Source of the DNA: a virus
Direction: 5' to 3' (one strand)
Length of the DNA stretch: 64,000 bases
Virus record (IMG/VR): IMGVR_UViG_3300031414_000012
Span: 39,149 to 103,148 of that record
Below the pieces are notes generated by a model that ran no database searches, was not told the DNA's origin, and saw only the letters and a list, made by a program, of their open reading frames with translations. The position numbers were made by a program, and so were the translations under genes. Positions 1 through 10,107 of the stretch are shown piece after piece (position 1 is the first letter of the stretch; every line of letters begins with the position of its first letter).

Positions 1-2979
1 GGTGTATTGAAGACAGGCGTTGATAGTCTCTTGAAACGTCTGAATCCACTTCGGTACCTGAAAGACATCTTGATGGCTACTCGCGCTGGCGGTATGCTCG
101 GCGATATGTTGGGTGGTGGTAAAGGTAAGCTGTTACGTAGGGCAGGGTCGGCTATCGGAACAGGAGCTAAGTTCCTGGGTCGTGGTGCCTTAGCGACCGG
201 TGCACGCATTGCAGCAACTGGTGTTGGTAGTGCCGTACTGAGTGGTGGTGCTAGTGCACTGACTGCCATTGGTGCTGGTGCTGCCGCAGTGGGTTCAGCA
301 GCCATGGCTGTATTGACCTCGCCGGTTACTTTGACCGCAGCTGCTGTGGTTGCCGTAGGTTTTGGTGCGTGGTACCTCTGGAAGAAATTTGGTAGTTCAC
401 CAGATCCACTCCAGAAAGTTCGTTTGGCTGAATACGGTATTCCTTCAGGAGACCGTGACACCAATGCGAAGGTACTGAAACTCGAAGAGTCGTTGGCTGA
501 TTATGTCACTGTAACTGGTGAGTCCGCTCGCTTCTCTAAAGAACTGCCACTGAAAGACATCTTTGCGATGTTCAATGTGGATACGTCGAACGATCAGAAT
601 ATCGTGTCGTTCACTAACTGGTTGAAATATCGTTTCCGTCCGGTGTTCCTGAAGTTTGCAGCTAAGGGTAACGAGATTATTCCTGGCTCTAAGGTACACG
701 AACAAGACGATAAGATCCCAGACGGTGAGAAACCGAGACTGGTACGTGAAACTAAGTTCAGTAGCGAGGCACCGGATTACCCATACAACCTGCCAGATGG
801 TCCAACACCACCTGCGCCAGCTGTAACGGGTACAGAGGCAATCGATGCGGCTATTCTGGCGGTTGAGCAGAAGTTTGCTAAAGCAGAACGTGAGAAACGC
901 GCACGCGATACAACCAACCAGAGACGCGCTGAGAACGACGCAGCAACTAAAGGCGGTAAGAACCCGCTTGAGGTTGCAAAACGCCTTAACTCGAAGGAGA
1001 ATGCGTATACGACACAGTCCAAGCTTGATCAAGTCCGTAAGGATACGATTAGCAAGAACGGTGACGTTGGCATGGCGCTTTGGGAAGCTGGGTCATCTCG
1101 TCGTATCGATGAACTCGCGGGTATTCGTCTGCGTACGTACGGCTTAGTTGAGTTGGACAAAGCTAGGGTAGATGCCCTGCTGTTGCTGGAAGGTGATCTG
1201 GAATCTCAGTTGACCTATAAAGGCGATGGCACCGCATCGTTGGATTACAATCCGATTAAGATGTTTGAGTTGTATGGACCACGGTTCCAGCTTAACGTCA
1301 CGGATTGGGGACAACGCAGTAAGTGGATGACATGGTTCAACGATCGTTTCATTCCAGCGTATCTGGCCTTTGCTACAGCAGTGCGTCGTTGCGATAAAGC
1401 AGTTGCTCCTAAGGAAGCATGGAACAAGCTGAAACCTGAAGATCAACTGAAAGTCGCACAAGCAGTAATCGCTGCAACAACGACCTCGTGGTTTAGAACG
1501 ATCAGTGTCTGGACAGTCACCGACTCTCCGTGGCCTGATTACGTGCTGAACCAGGATAGTGCTTCTACCAATGAAGCCATCGATTCACTGAAAGCTCGCA
1601 TTAAGCAAGCCAAGGTGGAAGAGGAACGTAAGTCAAGGGAATCGCCGAAGGTTGGCGATGGTTTGCCTAAGTACGTTAAACCGAAAACTCAGGCAGACAC
1701 AGCGTTGGCGAATAATATCAACAATGCTCTCTTGAACAGCGGTGCGGGTGCACTCAACAACATCAAGCCAATGCCACCTACCAGCGATGGTAGTAATCCA
1801 GGTGGCGCAGCTGGCTATAACAGTGGCGGCTCTACCGGCGACTTTGGCGATGGTGCTGGCGGACAATGGCAATCACTGCCTGCGTCTAAGGGGAATGGTT
1901 GGGAGAACAACAAAGACCTGCTCGTCGCGGTTTCCAAGATGACAGGTGTGGATGCTGGTATCCTGGCCACCTTTGCAGGTATCGAGTCTGACTTCAGACC
2001 AGGAGTGGGTGCGGGTACGTCTAGTGCAACTGGCTTGTTCCAGTTCATTAAATCTACCTGGAAAACAATGCTTCAGAAGTACGGAGCTAAGTATGGAATC
2101 CCACTGGACACACCACCGACTGATGCGAGAGCAAACGCCCTCATGGGCGCAGAGTTCTTACGTGAGAACCGTGATGGTCTGTCTAAGTTCCTGGGTCGTG
2201 AGCCGACAGACGTAGACCTGTACGCTGCGCACTTCATGGGTCTGGGTGGTGCACGTAAGTTCATGTCAATGAGTGGTAACGCTATTGCGGCACAGGCTAT
2301 GCCTGACGCTGCTCGTGCTAACGAACCTATCTTCTATGCTAACGGTAGAGCCAGAACTCGTGATGAGGTAATGGAAGAACTCAACCGTCGTGTAGCAAGC
2401 AAAGGACGTAAATACGCAGGCGTTGCTAACTCAATGGCAGCTGGCGGCGCACCGGGTGCAGTAGACATCGATTCCGTAGCTCAAGACGATCAACCGACTT
2501 CGGGTGATAACGTTGTAGCTGTAGCGGGTAGCGATGTCAATGCTAAGGCTAACGAAGGTGCTGGCGGTACGCCGCCTCCTACTGGAGAGCCGGGCAAAGG
2601 TGGATATATGGGCAGCGCTGTTCCAGCAATGTCCGTTCCACCTGCTGGACTTGACCCACAGGCCGACTTGTCACCTGCCGCACAGCAAGCACTGGGTACG
2701 TCTGCTGCGAAGGATCGTAGTGCTGCTCAAACTGCTGCGCGTGCACCTGCTGCTGAACTTGTCACGACTAAAGACTTGGCTGACATTATGTCTAAACAGT
2801 TGACCACCCAAATTGAAACACGCGATTTGGTTAAATCACTGCTGGAGATTGTGCAGTCTCGTTCTAACGGGAATGACACCGCAACACCACCTGCAACGGG
2901 TAACGATAAATCTGCTGCTGTGAATCGGGCTGCTTCACCAGGTCGTTCTGGCCCAGTGAACATGAACCGTAATCACTGA
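1..2979 (+). CDS. Tape-measure-like virion protein with lytic transglycosylase (SLT) domain, phiKZ gp181-like; probably 5'-partial
   Basis: Frame open from window start; Ala/Gly-rich hydrophobic segment; SLT motifs AGIESDF...SSATGLFQFIKSTW...DARANALMGAEFL...YAAHFMGLGGA. Confidence 0.85.
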   Translation, partial: GVLKTGVDSLLKRLNPLRYLKDILMATRAGGMLGDMLGGGKGKLLRRAGSAIGTGAKFLGRGALATGARIAATGVGSAVLSGGASALTAIGAGAAAVGSAAMAVLTSPVTLTAAAVVAVGFGAWYLWKKFGSSPDPLQKVRLAEYGIPSGDRDTNAKVLKLEESLADYVTVTGESARFSKELPLKDIFAMFNVDTSNDQNIVSFTNWLKYRFRPVFLKFAAKGNEIIPGSKVHEQDDKIPDGEKPRLVRETKFSSEAPDYPYNLPDGPTPPAPAVTGTEAIDAAILAVEQKFAKAEREKRARDTTNQRRAENDAATKGGKNPLEVAKRLNSKENAYTTQSKLDQVRKDTISKNGDVGMALWEAGSSRRIDELAGIRLRTYGLVELDKARVDALLLLEGDLESQLTYKGDGTASLDYNPIKMFELYGPRFQLNVTDWGQRSKWMTWFNDRFIPAYLAFATAVRRCDKAVAPKEAWNKLKPEDQLKVAQAVIAATTTSWFRTISVWTVTDSPWPDYVLNQDSASTNEAIDSLKARIKQAKVEEERKSRESPKVGDGLPKYVKPKTQADTALANNINNALLNSGAGALNNIKPMPPTSDGSNPGGAAGYNSGGSTGDFGDGAGGQWQSLPASKGNGWENNKDLLVAVSKMTGVDAGILATFAGIESDFRPGVGAGTSSATGLFQFIKSTWKTMLQKYGAKYGIPLDTPPTDARANALMGAEFLRENRDGLSKFLGREPTDVDLYAAHFMGLGGARKFMSMSGNAIAAQAMPDAARANEPIFYANGRARTRDEVMEELNRRVASKGRKYAGVANSMAAGGAPGAVDIDSVAQDDQPTSGDNVVAVAGSDVNAKANEGAGGTPPPTGEPGKGGYMGSAVPAMSVPPAGLDPQADLSPAAQQALGTSAAKDRSAAQTAARAPAAELVTTKDLADIMSKQLTTQIETRDLVKSLLEIVQSRSNGNDTATPPATGNDKSAAVNRAASPGRSGPVNMNRNH

Positions 2980-2991
2980 CAGTAGTTGGTT

Positions 2992-3016
2992 AAGGGGACT
3001 TCGGTCCCCTTTCTTC
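2992..3016 (+). terminator. Intrinsic terminator
   Basis: AAGGGGAC-TTCG-GTCCCCTT followed by T-rich tail. Confidence 0.8.
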
Positions 3017-3029
3017 ATTGAGGTATCAC

Positions 3030-5009
3030 ATGGCACAAGAAACTCGTTTTCTAAAGGAAGACCATCGTTGGATACGCCAGATGTTTTTAACGGACGGCAA
3101 TAGTTTCGACGACTTCCTACGCTCTAAGCGCACAGCTACCTCGAACTTCTATAAGTACGAGGACACCACATTAGGTGGTCACCGGACAATGAACCCCCCA
3201 CCGCAGTTCACACGTTTCTGCGATCCAAAAGGGGACCGTCTGTTACCGGGCATCAGTCGTGGGATGGGCGACTACTACAGCGAAGCAATCGACGACAACG
3301 CCAGAACGATCTCAATGCGATTTGGTGTACCAGAATATACTGGACTTGTCAGCTTCTTCAGTAACTTCTATAGTTCTGATGCTGCACAGGTTGTCAAATC
3401 AGGTAAGTCAAGTAGTTTCTTCTACGACGCTGGTAAACTTTCCGGTTATGTAGCGATTCTACCTTTCATGCCCTTTATCATGATCGGTCGCACACTTAAA
3501 GCGCTGGCAGGTACACCGTCTACTCGCTTCTATTATCTGCGTCCGTCTATGCCGATCTATTGGAATGCCGTACAGAGCTTTGCTAACCGTTTAGCAGCTA
3601 ACATCGGCTTGACCATGGGTCAACAGAATACCGAACTCGCTGTTGCTAAACTGGATGCACAGGGCATGCCAGTGAAGAACCCTGAAACTGGCGCTATCGT
3701 TTACGACAACATTAACTTCGACGTTCCGAATAGTCAGTTTGATGAATATCTTAAACTGCTGCCAGAGTTGTGGACACCGAACGGTTCAATCGATGTTTAT
3801 TCGCTATCTAACCGTGCACAGCGACTTTCCGATGTATGGAACAACTATCTGGCTAAGATTGCTACCGATACTGCAATCGTCTCAGATGAGAGTTGGCGTC
3901 AACGCCTGACGAGCTATCCTGGTCATACCCACAAAGAGATGATCGATGCGCTGAATGGCACGCCACTTCAATTGGCACTGCAACGTTGGTACAACACACC
4001 GGCTGGTGAACGCGCGTTAGACGATCAAGGTAAAGATCCAAAACGTGGTGAAATCACAAAGGATGCAAGTGCGGTAGATCGCTTTATGAACTACGCATTG
4101 GCGGAAGCACGAGATGGTGCACAGTTTGTCTCCTTCTATATTCAGGAAGGTGGCACAGCAAGCGAGAGCTTCAGTAACTCCACTCGTGCGCCAGACATCG
4201 GTGAGAAGTTCAACAGTGTAAGCAGTGGTGTCCGTCAAGCACGCATTAACTTTGCAGATGGTAACACTGGTATCGCACCTATCGATGCGGCTATTGGTGC
4301 TGCAACCGAGTTTATCAATGGTGCGGTGGGTGGTATCCAGATGTCCGGCCTACTTGCTTTGGCGGGTAACGCATTAACTGACATTCCTAAGGTGTGGGAT
4401 AGCTCAACTTCCTCTCTACCTAGGATGGATTACACCATCCAGCTTCGCTCTCCGTATGGCAATAAACTCTCACGCTTCCAGAACCTCCTGTTGCCACTGG
4501 CAATGATTCTGGTTGGTGGCTTGCCGCGCTCTACGGGTGCTCAGTCCTATGGTGCTCCGTTCCTCGTTGAGTTGTATGACAAAGGTCGTGCTCAGACTCG
4601 TTTGGGTATGATCGAAAGCATCAACGTAACACGCGGTGTGGGTAACATCGGATGGAACCAGGATGATGAATTCCTAGGCATTGACGTACAGTTCAGTGTG
4701 GTGGATTTGTCCAGCATTATGCACATGCCGTTGGGTACGAGTTCTGGTCCACTTGACGTTATTCGTCCAGGCGGGTTGAACCGTGCATTCTTCGGTGACG
4801 ATACTGCGTTTACTGATTACCTTGCTGTTCTTTCTAGCATGGGGTTAGCAGACCAGATCTACCGCACGCGTGCACTTGCTCGTAACTGGCGCAGAATGAA
4901 GCTTGAATTCAATAGCTTCTTCAGCGTGTCGCATGCCGCCAGTTGGTTCGGTGGTACGTTACCGGGCCGTGTTATCTCCGCACTGTCCAATGTCCGTGCT
5001 AACGGATAA
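3030..5009 (+). CDS. Conserved phiKZ-like virion structural protein (gp182-like)
   Basis: About 660 aa ORF directly after the gp181-like gene; GAGG RBS before ATG 3030. Confidence 0.65.
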   Translation: MAQETRFLKEDHRWIRQMFLTDGNSFDDFLRSKRTATSNFYKYEDTTLGGHRTMNPPPQFTRFCDPKGDRLLPGISRGMGDYYSEAIDDNARTISMRFGVPEYTGLVSFFSNFYSSDAAQVVKSGKSSSFFYDAGKLSGYVAILPFMPFIMIGRTLKALAGTPSTRFYYLRPSMPIYWNAVQSFANRLAANIGLTMGQQNTELAVAKLDAQGMPVKNPETGAIVYDNINFDVPNSQFDEYLKLLPELWTPNGSIDVYSLSNRAQRLSDVWNNYLAKIATDTAIVSDESWRQRLTSYPGHTHKEMIDALNGTPLQLALQRWYNTPAGERALDDQGKDPKRGEITKDASAVDRFMNYALAEARDGAQFVSFYIQEGGTASESFSNSTRAPDIGEKFNSVSSGVRQARINFADGNTGIAPIDAAIGAATEFINGAVGGIQMSGLLALAGNALTDIPKVWDSSTSSLPRMDYTIQLRSPYGNKLSRFQNLLLPLAMILVGGLPRSTGAQSYGAPFLVELYDKGRAQTRLGMIESINVTRGVGNIGWNQDDEFLGIDVQFSVVDLSSIMHMPLGTSSGPLDVIRPGGLNRAFFGDDTAFTDYLAVLSSMGLADQIYRTRALARNWRRMKLEFNSFFSVSHAASWFGGTLPGRVISALSNVRANG

Positions 5010-5021
5010 CAGCATAAAAGC

Positions 5022-5047
5022 CTCCTCTTCCCATTCGGGAAGAGGAG
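5022..5047. terminator. Bidirectional terminator between convergent genes
   Basis: CTCCTCTTCCC-ATTC-GGGAAGAGGAG flanked by GCATAAAA and TGCTTATTT. Confidence 0.8.
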
Positions 5048-5054
5048 TGCTTAT

Positions 5055-6200
5055 TTATGCGTAAGGGATGTTCGGATAGAATGCACGCAGCAATGAACTG
5101 CCGCTCTGTCGTGGATAACTACTTGCAATTAATGCGCAGATAGATTCCGGGTTAGCGTCAGACTTAGCTTGTGCGATCAATGACGTATCGAGTGAGGATT
5201 GCGTGAAGATAGCCAATACAACTTCGTTCGCTTTCAAGAACGGATCGAGTCGATAGCTACCCGAGTGCGCGTCGTCAAACTTCAACCACTGTGGGTCTAA
5301 CCGAGTCATAGTGTCGACAATCTTAGTACGCAACGTAGGGTACTCACCAGGTGACGTGTCGTACGGAACGTTGTAGTTGCCGAGGAAATCGGTGATAGCG
5401 GTCGGGTACTGCTGCATGATAGCGTCACCACCCATCTTATCGATGAGCTTATTCAACATTTCCAGGTCGCCGTTGTACAAGACAGATGGAATGCTGTTGG
5501 ACGCACTGTAACGAGCAAAGTTACCATTGTACTGCTGATCGTTGGCATAGACTTTGTCCCACAGCTTATCAAACAGGTCAATCATACCAAGCTGACTGGC
5601 CTGTTGCAGCAGACTACCAAACACAGCAGACTCGCTTCGGGTATCAAACAGTGTGCCGACTGTGTTCGTGCCTAATAACCGGTTAGCAGCCGTGAATAGA
5701 GAGTTAACATCGCCCAGGTCAGCCCCAGCAGCGATTCGCTGGATGCTTTGACTGTCACGCATAACCTTTTGCATATCCATACCCGTCACATTAGACATGG
5801 TAGTGATAGCAGCTTCATTCAAGCTCGCTTTAGCGGCACCAATAGAGTTAAGGTTCAGGCCAGTATAGTTCTCTAACTGTTTCTTTGCGTCGTTCACTGC
5901 GGTTAATGCTGAGTTAGCAGTTTTAGCAATATCGGACAGCGTTGATTTGGTGAGAGAGATGATTTTGTTATTGGAGAAGAATCCGTCAAACGCACCTTTG
6001 ATACCAGCCGCCTGCTGGTTGACGTAACTAACACTACGTTTACCGAATCGGTCAACTGCAACAACGACATCCTTTGGTCCAGTCTCAAAGATACTTGGTG
6101 CTACCTTAGGAGCGGCTTGCGCTACTTTGGCAGTTACGTTTTGCGTATCTTTCGTTACGCCGGAGACGGACGACTTAACACTCTCTTCAAAACTAGGCAT
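5055..6200 (-). CDS. Hypothetical (probable virion) protein
   Basis: Long ORF; GGAG RBS before ATG 6200. Confidence 0.6.
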   Translation of the reverse strand: MPSFEESVKSSVSGVTKDTQNVTAKVAQAAPKVAPSIFETGPKDVVVAVDRFGKRSVSYVNQQAAGIKGAFDGFFSNNKIISLTKSTLSDIAKTANSALTAVNDAKKQLENYTGLNLNSIGAAKASLNEAAITTMSNVTGMDMQKVMRDSQSIQRIAAGADLGDVNSLFTAANRLLGTNTVGTLFDTRSESAVFGSLLQQASQLGMIDLFDKLWDKVYANDQQYNGNFARYSASNSIPSVLYNGDLEMLNKLIDKMGGDAIMQQYPTAITDFLGNYNVPYDTSPGEYPTLRTKIVDTMTRLDPQWLKFDDAHSGSYRLDPFLKANEVVLAIFTQSSLDTSLIAQAKSDANPESICALIASSYPRQSGSSLLRAFYPNIPYA

Positions 6201-6234
6201 CTCGAACTCCAAAAAAAAAAATAAGAAGAGTGTA

Positions 6235-6254
6235 GGTGTCCCCGAAGGGACACC
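6235..6254 (-). terminator. Intrinsic terminator
   Basis: GGTGTCCC-TTCG-GGGACACC on the minus strand, with a downstream poly-T run (6211-6221). Confidence 0.7.
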
Positions 6255-6258
6255 GTGG

Positions 6259-6723
6259 TTATTTCTTGCCTGATCGCGCTATGCGTTCGATATAGGCATC
6301 AACATCCGCATCTGGCGATACATTATCAGAAGCGTCTGTAGAAACGGTCATATTATTTTCTATGACGTCACCTAAAACCACTCTTACCTTTTTCAGCGTC
6401 CTTTTGTTGCCTCGGTGAATCAACACATAAACATCGGCCTTGTCTACTTCTAACACACGTAACCCGCGCATGAAACTATCCCAGGTTATCTTATCCTTCT
6501 CTAAGGCTTTCGGCAAGTTACCGCGCACGGTTGTACGTTTATCACGCGGCACCCCGTTCAGAGGGTTTAAGACATAACGTGTAAGTAGTTTGGACCAAGT
6601 GTTAGGGCGAATACCAAGATCAATTAAGAAGCCGCGAAAGAGTTTAGCTAGCGCATCTCGTGCTGCGGCTTGACCGTAGTCTTCCGAGTCAAAGATGTCG
6701 TGCTTCTTACGCATGCAGTTCAT
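6259..6723 (-). CDS. Hypothetical protein
   Basis: 154 aa ORF overlapping the upstream gene; start may be 6714. Confidence 0.6.
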   Translation of the reverse strand: MNCMRKKHDIFDSEDYGQAAARDALAKLFRGFLIDLGIRPNTWSKLLTRYVLNPLNGVPRDKRTTVRGNLPKALEKDKITWDSFMRGLRVLEVDKADVYVLIHRGNKRTLKKVRVVLGDVIENNMTVSTDASDNVSPDADVDAYIERIARSGKK

Positions 6724-7222
6724 CCCTCGCGGTTATAAGTTCAGCTAACATTTCAGCCAGTGACATTACGTCACAGCCCAGGCCATATGTACGACGTTGA
6801 TAATACCCAACCTTCTCAGTTGGAGCGTTGTTGTAAGCATCAACCAACTCACCAAATGCCGTACGGAATTCGACTAACATATTGCCGAAGTTGCACGCCA
6901 CCGGAGTAGGTTGAATCCATACGTTTAATCCAACACCGGTTGGTTCGCCCACTGGCGTTTCGATGTAGGAGTTCGTACGAATGCTAACAGCAGCCTGACG
7001 GATGGCTTCGAGCAGGTCGTCAGTACTTTGATGGTAGACTGTACCATGAAAGTTACGGAGGTATCTGACATGACTTTGATCGAACTTGCGCACCACCGTT
7101 AGCGGTAAGCGCTCCAGCAGTTCACGGACATCCTGCAAGGCAACTTCCCACTCTCCTGTCTCATTACGCTTCTCGCGATTGAGCCTTTTGTAGTAACGCT
7201 TAAAGCGATAAACTTCCAACAT
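6707..7222 (-). CDS. Hypothetical protein
   Basis: 171 aa ORF; AGGAGG upstream. Confidence 0.65.
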   Translation of the reverse strand: MLEVYRFKRYYKRLNREKRNETGEWEVALQDVRELLERLPLTVVRKFDQSHVRYLRNFHGTVYHQSTDDLLEAIRQAAVSIRTNSYIETPVGEPTGVGLNVWIQPTPVACNFGNMLVEFRTAFGELVDAYNNAPTEKVGYYQRRTYGLGCDVMSLAEMLAELITARDELHA

Positions 7223-7264
7223 AGTCTATAGACCTCCTACTAATTAATATGGTATATACACATT

Positions 7265-7282
7265 AATAATGTATGTTTAAAA
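7265..7282 (-). promoter_or_regulatory. Putative early (virion RNAP) promoter
   Basis: TTTTAAACATACATTATT, 13/18 identical to the motif at 60696-60713; resembles the phiKZ early TATATTAC-type promoter. Confidence 0.4.
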
Positions 7283-7304
7283 TTACTACGAAACGAGGTG
7301 AGTT

Positions 7305-7739
7305 ATGACGGTTGAAGTCATTCCTGCCAGCGACAACGACGAGGTATTGGCTTATACTCAGAACCTACGCAGGCGTATAGTCACTAAACTGATTGGCGTG
7401 CATCCTGAGGATATGCCAGATGACCCTAAGGTAGTAGGTGCTATCAACCAGACTCTGGATTCGATGGACCGTCAAGCCCTCGTCCTACGCCGTTTGGCAC
7501 AAGACAAGAAACGTAACGACGATGATCGCTCAGCAGCTGTAATGATCGCACAGATCAACCAGATGACGGGCAAGGGTGAAAACCCATTCAGGATCGGTAC
7601 AAACCCAGTTGAACCAAGCACTAATCCGGAACTCGCATACGAGCAAATCGCAACGCGAGAGATTCTACCGGGTGAAGATCTCGTGGGTATCGAAGACGAC
7701 TCCTACGATAAATTCATCGAGCGTTTGGAAAACGAATAA
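7305..7739 (+). CDS. Hypothetical protein
   Basis: 144 aa ORF; GAGGTG RBS. Confidence 0.7.
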   Translation: MTVEVIPASDNDEVLAYTQNLRRRIVTKLIGVHPEDMPDDPKVVGAINQTLDSMDRQALVLRRLAQDKKRNDDDRSAAVMIAQINQMTGKGENPFRIGTNPVEPSTNPELAYEQIATREILPGEDLVGIEDDSYDKFIERLENE

Positions 7740-7748
7740 GAGCATAGT

Positions 7749-7770
7749 AGGCTGGGGAAAACCCCAGCCT
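7749..7770. terminator. Bidirectional terminator
   Basis: AGGCTGGGG-AAAA-CCCCAGCCT then CTTTATGCCG. Confidence 0.75.
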
Positions 7771-7780
7771 CTTTATGCCG

Positions 7781-8491
7781 TCAGTGCGCCATTGAGAAGA
7801 ATGACACTCGCTCAAATGACATGCCGATATAGTCCGCTAATGCAAACTCCATATAGGCAGTGGGGTGTGCAACTTTAAAGGCTGCCTTTACCGTATCGTC
7901 CGGCTTCTCAGGCAAACGCTCACCGCGCAGGATATCAGGCGCAACCATAGTTACCCCCGGAGCTGCTTCGTTTCGGAAAGACCGTTCGTTAGCACATGCC
8001 CAATCTACCCAGTCGTAGATGACCACAGTATGGTAGTTCTTCGCCAGATAGTTAAGTGACATCGATTCGTATGGAACTCGAACCGGTGTTACCTTAACAA
8101 CGCCACCCAGCTTAAACTCAACCAGGTCAGCCATCACCCGCGCTGTTTCTTTATCCAGGTTATACGGATAAATATTCAGGTCTAACTCCAACGGACCGCT
8201 GCGTGTTGGGTTAATCATCGTGCTGTACTGATGGATGGCATTCTGTACGATGGGTAAGATGTTTGTCATCATCGAACTGCGTAACGTATATTCGTCACGG
8301 TTACGATAGGCGACGTTAAACAGCTCAGTGTCGATGCCAATAAACGGAAACTCATCCCGTGTGCGCAGCAGGTAATCTGGCGGGTTCATACCGACAACCG
8401 CTTCGGGGTCCAGAATGTTCAGGGTGCCAAGACGAGTGTCAATAACGGCATCCAGCAACAACATGACTTTGGTGACCGCTAATCCACTCAT
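7781..8491 (-). CDS. Conserved phiKZ-like hypothetical protein
   Basis: 236 aa ORF, ATGA-coupled to the upstream gene. Confidence 0.6.
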   Translation of the reverse strand: MSGLAVTKVMLLLDAVIDTRLGTLNILDPEAVVGMNPPDYLLRTRDEFPFIGIDTELFNVAYRNRDEYTLRSSMMTNILPIVQNAIHQYSTMINPTRSGPLELDLNIYPYNLDKETARVMADLVEFKLGGVVKVTPVRVPYESMSLNYLAKNYHTVVIYDWVDWACANERSFRNEAAPGVTMVAPDILRGERLPEKPDDTVKAAFKVAHPTAYMEFALADYIGMSFERVSFFSMAH

Positions 8492-9033
8492 GCGTTTTGT
8501 GCCTCTTTCTGGGAATCCTTAGTACTCTGCGCAATGGCTAAACCAATCTCGTCAGGCTCAAGCTGTTCGAGCAGAAGGATAGGGATAACCCATGCGTTGC
8601 CGGCCAACAACTCACCGACTTCCTTTGCGCTACCAACCGCATCGAGATAGTCATCGCCAATAACTGAAAGTTGGTCATCAAACTGAACTACGCTCTGGGT
8701 GATTGTCTCAAGGTAAGCCCGATAGTCAGTTTCATCTTCAAAGCAACGCTGACGAACTTCGAAACATAGACCAAAGAGAAACTCACGCACGGGCGCTTTA
8801 GGAGCAATGTCATTCCAGACGGAGGCCAGGGTCTCTTTATTGAGCATCATCACAGGCAGCGTGTTAAACTGCGTATCGATAATCCACTCTTGGATATCCT
8901 CGTACTGGTCGGGACGAACACGGGCGGTGGAGATCAGACGACGCTTAATGATCTCACGAAATAAGACCCGCACTCGTTCAACACAACTCAGATTTGGATT
9001 AAGCGGATAAGGAACACTAGGGGTCTGGCTCAC
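8488..9033 (-). CDS. Hypothetical protein
   Basis: 181 aa ORF, GTG start, co-operonic. Confidence 0.6.
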   Translation of the reverse strand: MSQTPSVPYPLNPNLSCVERVRVLFREIIKRRLISTARVRPDQYEDIQEWIIDTQFNTLPVMMLNKETLASVWNDIAPKAPVREFLFGLCFEVRQRCFEDETDYRAYLETITQSVVQFDDQLSVIGDDYLDAVGSAKEVGELLAGNAWVIPILLLEQLEPDEIGLAIAQSTKDSQKEAQNA

Positions 9034-9042
9034 GGTTACACC

Positions 9043-9714
9043 TTAAAGGTTGTTATCGAGCATCATGCTTTTCAGAATGATATTCAATGTGATTGTAGAT
9101 TCCGGCCGAGAGTTCATTTGCAGAATCTCAGTCATGTTTGCCGTACCGGTTCGGGCGATTTGACGATTCATCTCAGCGAATGCGTCGAGGTCACCACCGC
9201 GCAGCTTAGCCAACTCCAGTCCAGTGTAGTTAAGACCTTTAGCATAAAAGATCTGCCACTCCGGGTAACTCAAACTCGCGCCCTTAGAGACGCCAGTGGG
9301 CTGGCCGGTTAACTGGTTAATGTGGAGGTTGTCATCCGGTACGCTGGTTTTCTTAACACGGAGCTGCTGCTGTCTACGCAAAGGTAAATGGATAACCATA
9401 TATTTCTTTGGTGTCAGCGTACAGTCACCGGTAACGGGGTCAGTCAACCAAAGTCGCTGATAGAATTCAATGCCCATCTTCTTACCGACTTCGATATTGC
9501 GTGTGGTATCCATCGCAACATCACGCAGTGGCGGTACAAAGATTCGAACATGAGCTTCGCCGGATTCAAGCTTTTGTATCCACGCGTCGAACTGCTCATC
9601 GGTCATACCAGCGAACAGATCTTTATATAACTTGGCGTTACCGCCACCGGGTAAGATTTCCTCTACCCATTTCAAAACCACTGCCTCGGCAGCAGCACGA
9701 TTACCAAGTGCCAT
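9043..9714 (-). CDS. Virion RNA polymerase beta-subunit C-terminal fragment (phiKZ gp149-like)
   Basis: LTDPVTG...LTGQPTGVSKGASLSYPEWQIFYAKG...LELAKLRGGD aligns by eye with the RpoB C-terminus (LYDGRTG...VTQQPLGG...FGEMEVWALEAYG...QEMLTVKSDD). Confidence 0.8.
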   Translation of the reverse strand: MALGNRAAAEAVVLKWVEEILPGGGNAKLYKDLFAGMTDEQFDAWIQKLESGEAHVRIFVPPLRDVAMDTTRNIEVGKKMGIEFYQRLWLTDPVTGDCTLTPKKYMVIHLPLRRQQQLRVKKTSVPDDNLHINQLTGQPTGVSKGASLSYPEWQIFYAKGLNYTGLELAKLRGGDLDAFAEMNRQIARTGTANMTEILQMNSRPESTITLNIILKSMMLDNNL

Positions 9715-9794
9715 GATAGTTTCCTACTTGTGTTAGCTTCATACGATGCGTCACAAAAAGAACGGAAGAGACGCCGAAGCGCTCTTCACATTCA

Positions 9795-10106
9795 TCAGAG
9801 ATCACGAGGTACGTAGGCATCACGATAATCGTCACACCGGAACAAGATAGGATAGCCGTCGCCCCGCCACGTCATATCGCGTATTTTATCGCGACCACCA
9901 CAATAGTCACGCATCCATCGGATTTCACGAGTAGAGGGTCCAGACGTTGGGGTAAGCGTACCATTGGCTAGATTGATAATGTCTACTGCACGTTCACGAT
10001 CAACCGGCTCTTTTAACCAGTCGGCAATAAAACACACATTAGCCACTATTGATAAAAGAAGGCCAGCGATTAAGAAAATAATCGCATTGACTTTGCGCTC
10101 TTTCAT
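9795..10106 (-). CDS. Small membrane-anchored protein
   Basis: N-terminal hydrophobic helix; GGGG RBS. Confidence 0.6.
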   Translation of the reverse strand: MKERKVNAIIFLIAGLLLSIVANVCFIADWLKEPVDRERAVDIINLANGTLTPTSGPSTREIRWMRDYCGGRDKIRDMTWRGDGYPILFRCDDYRDAYVPRDL

Positions 10107-10107
10107 T

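Noticed and set aside
6211-6221. Poly-A runs (also about 55462-55471) as phase-variable tracts
   Set aside because: They are intergenic and next to hairpins, consistent with terminator U-tracts.
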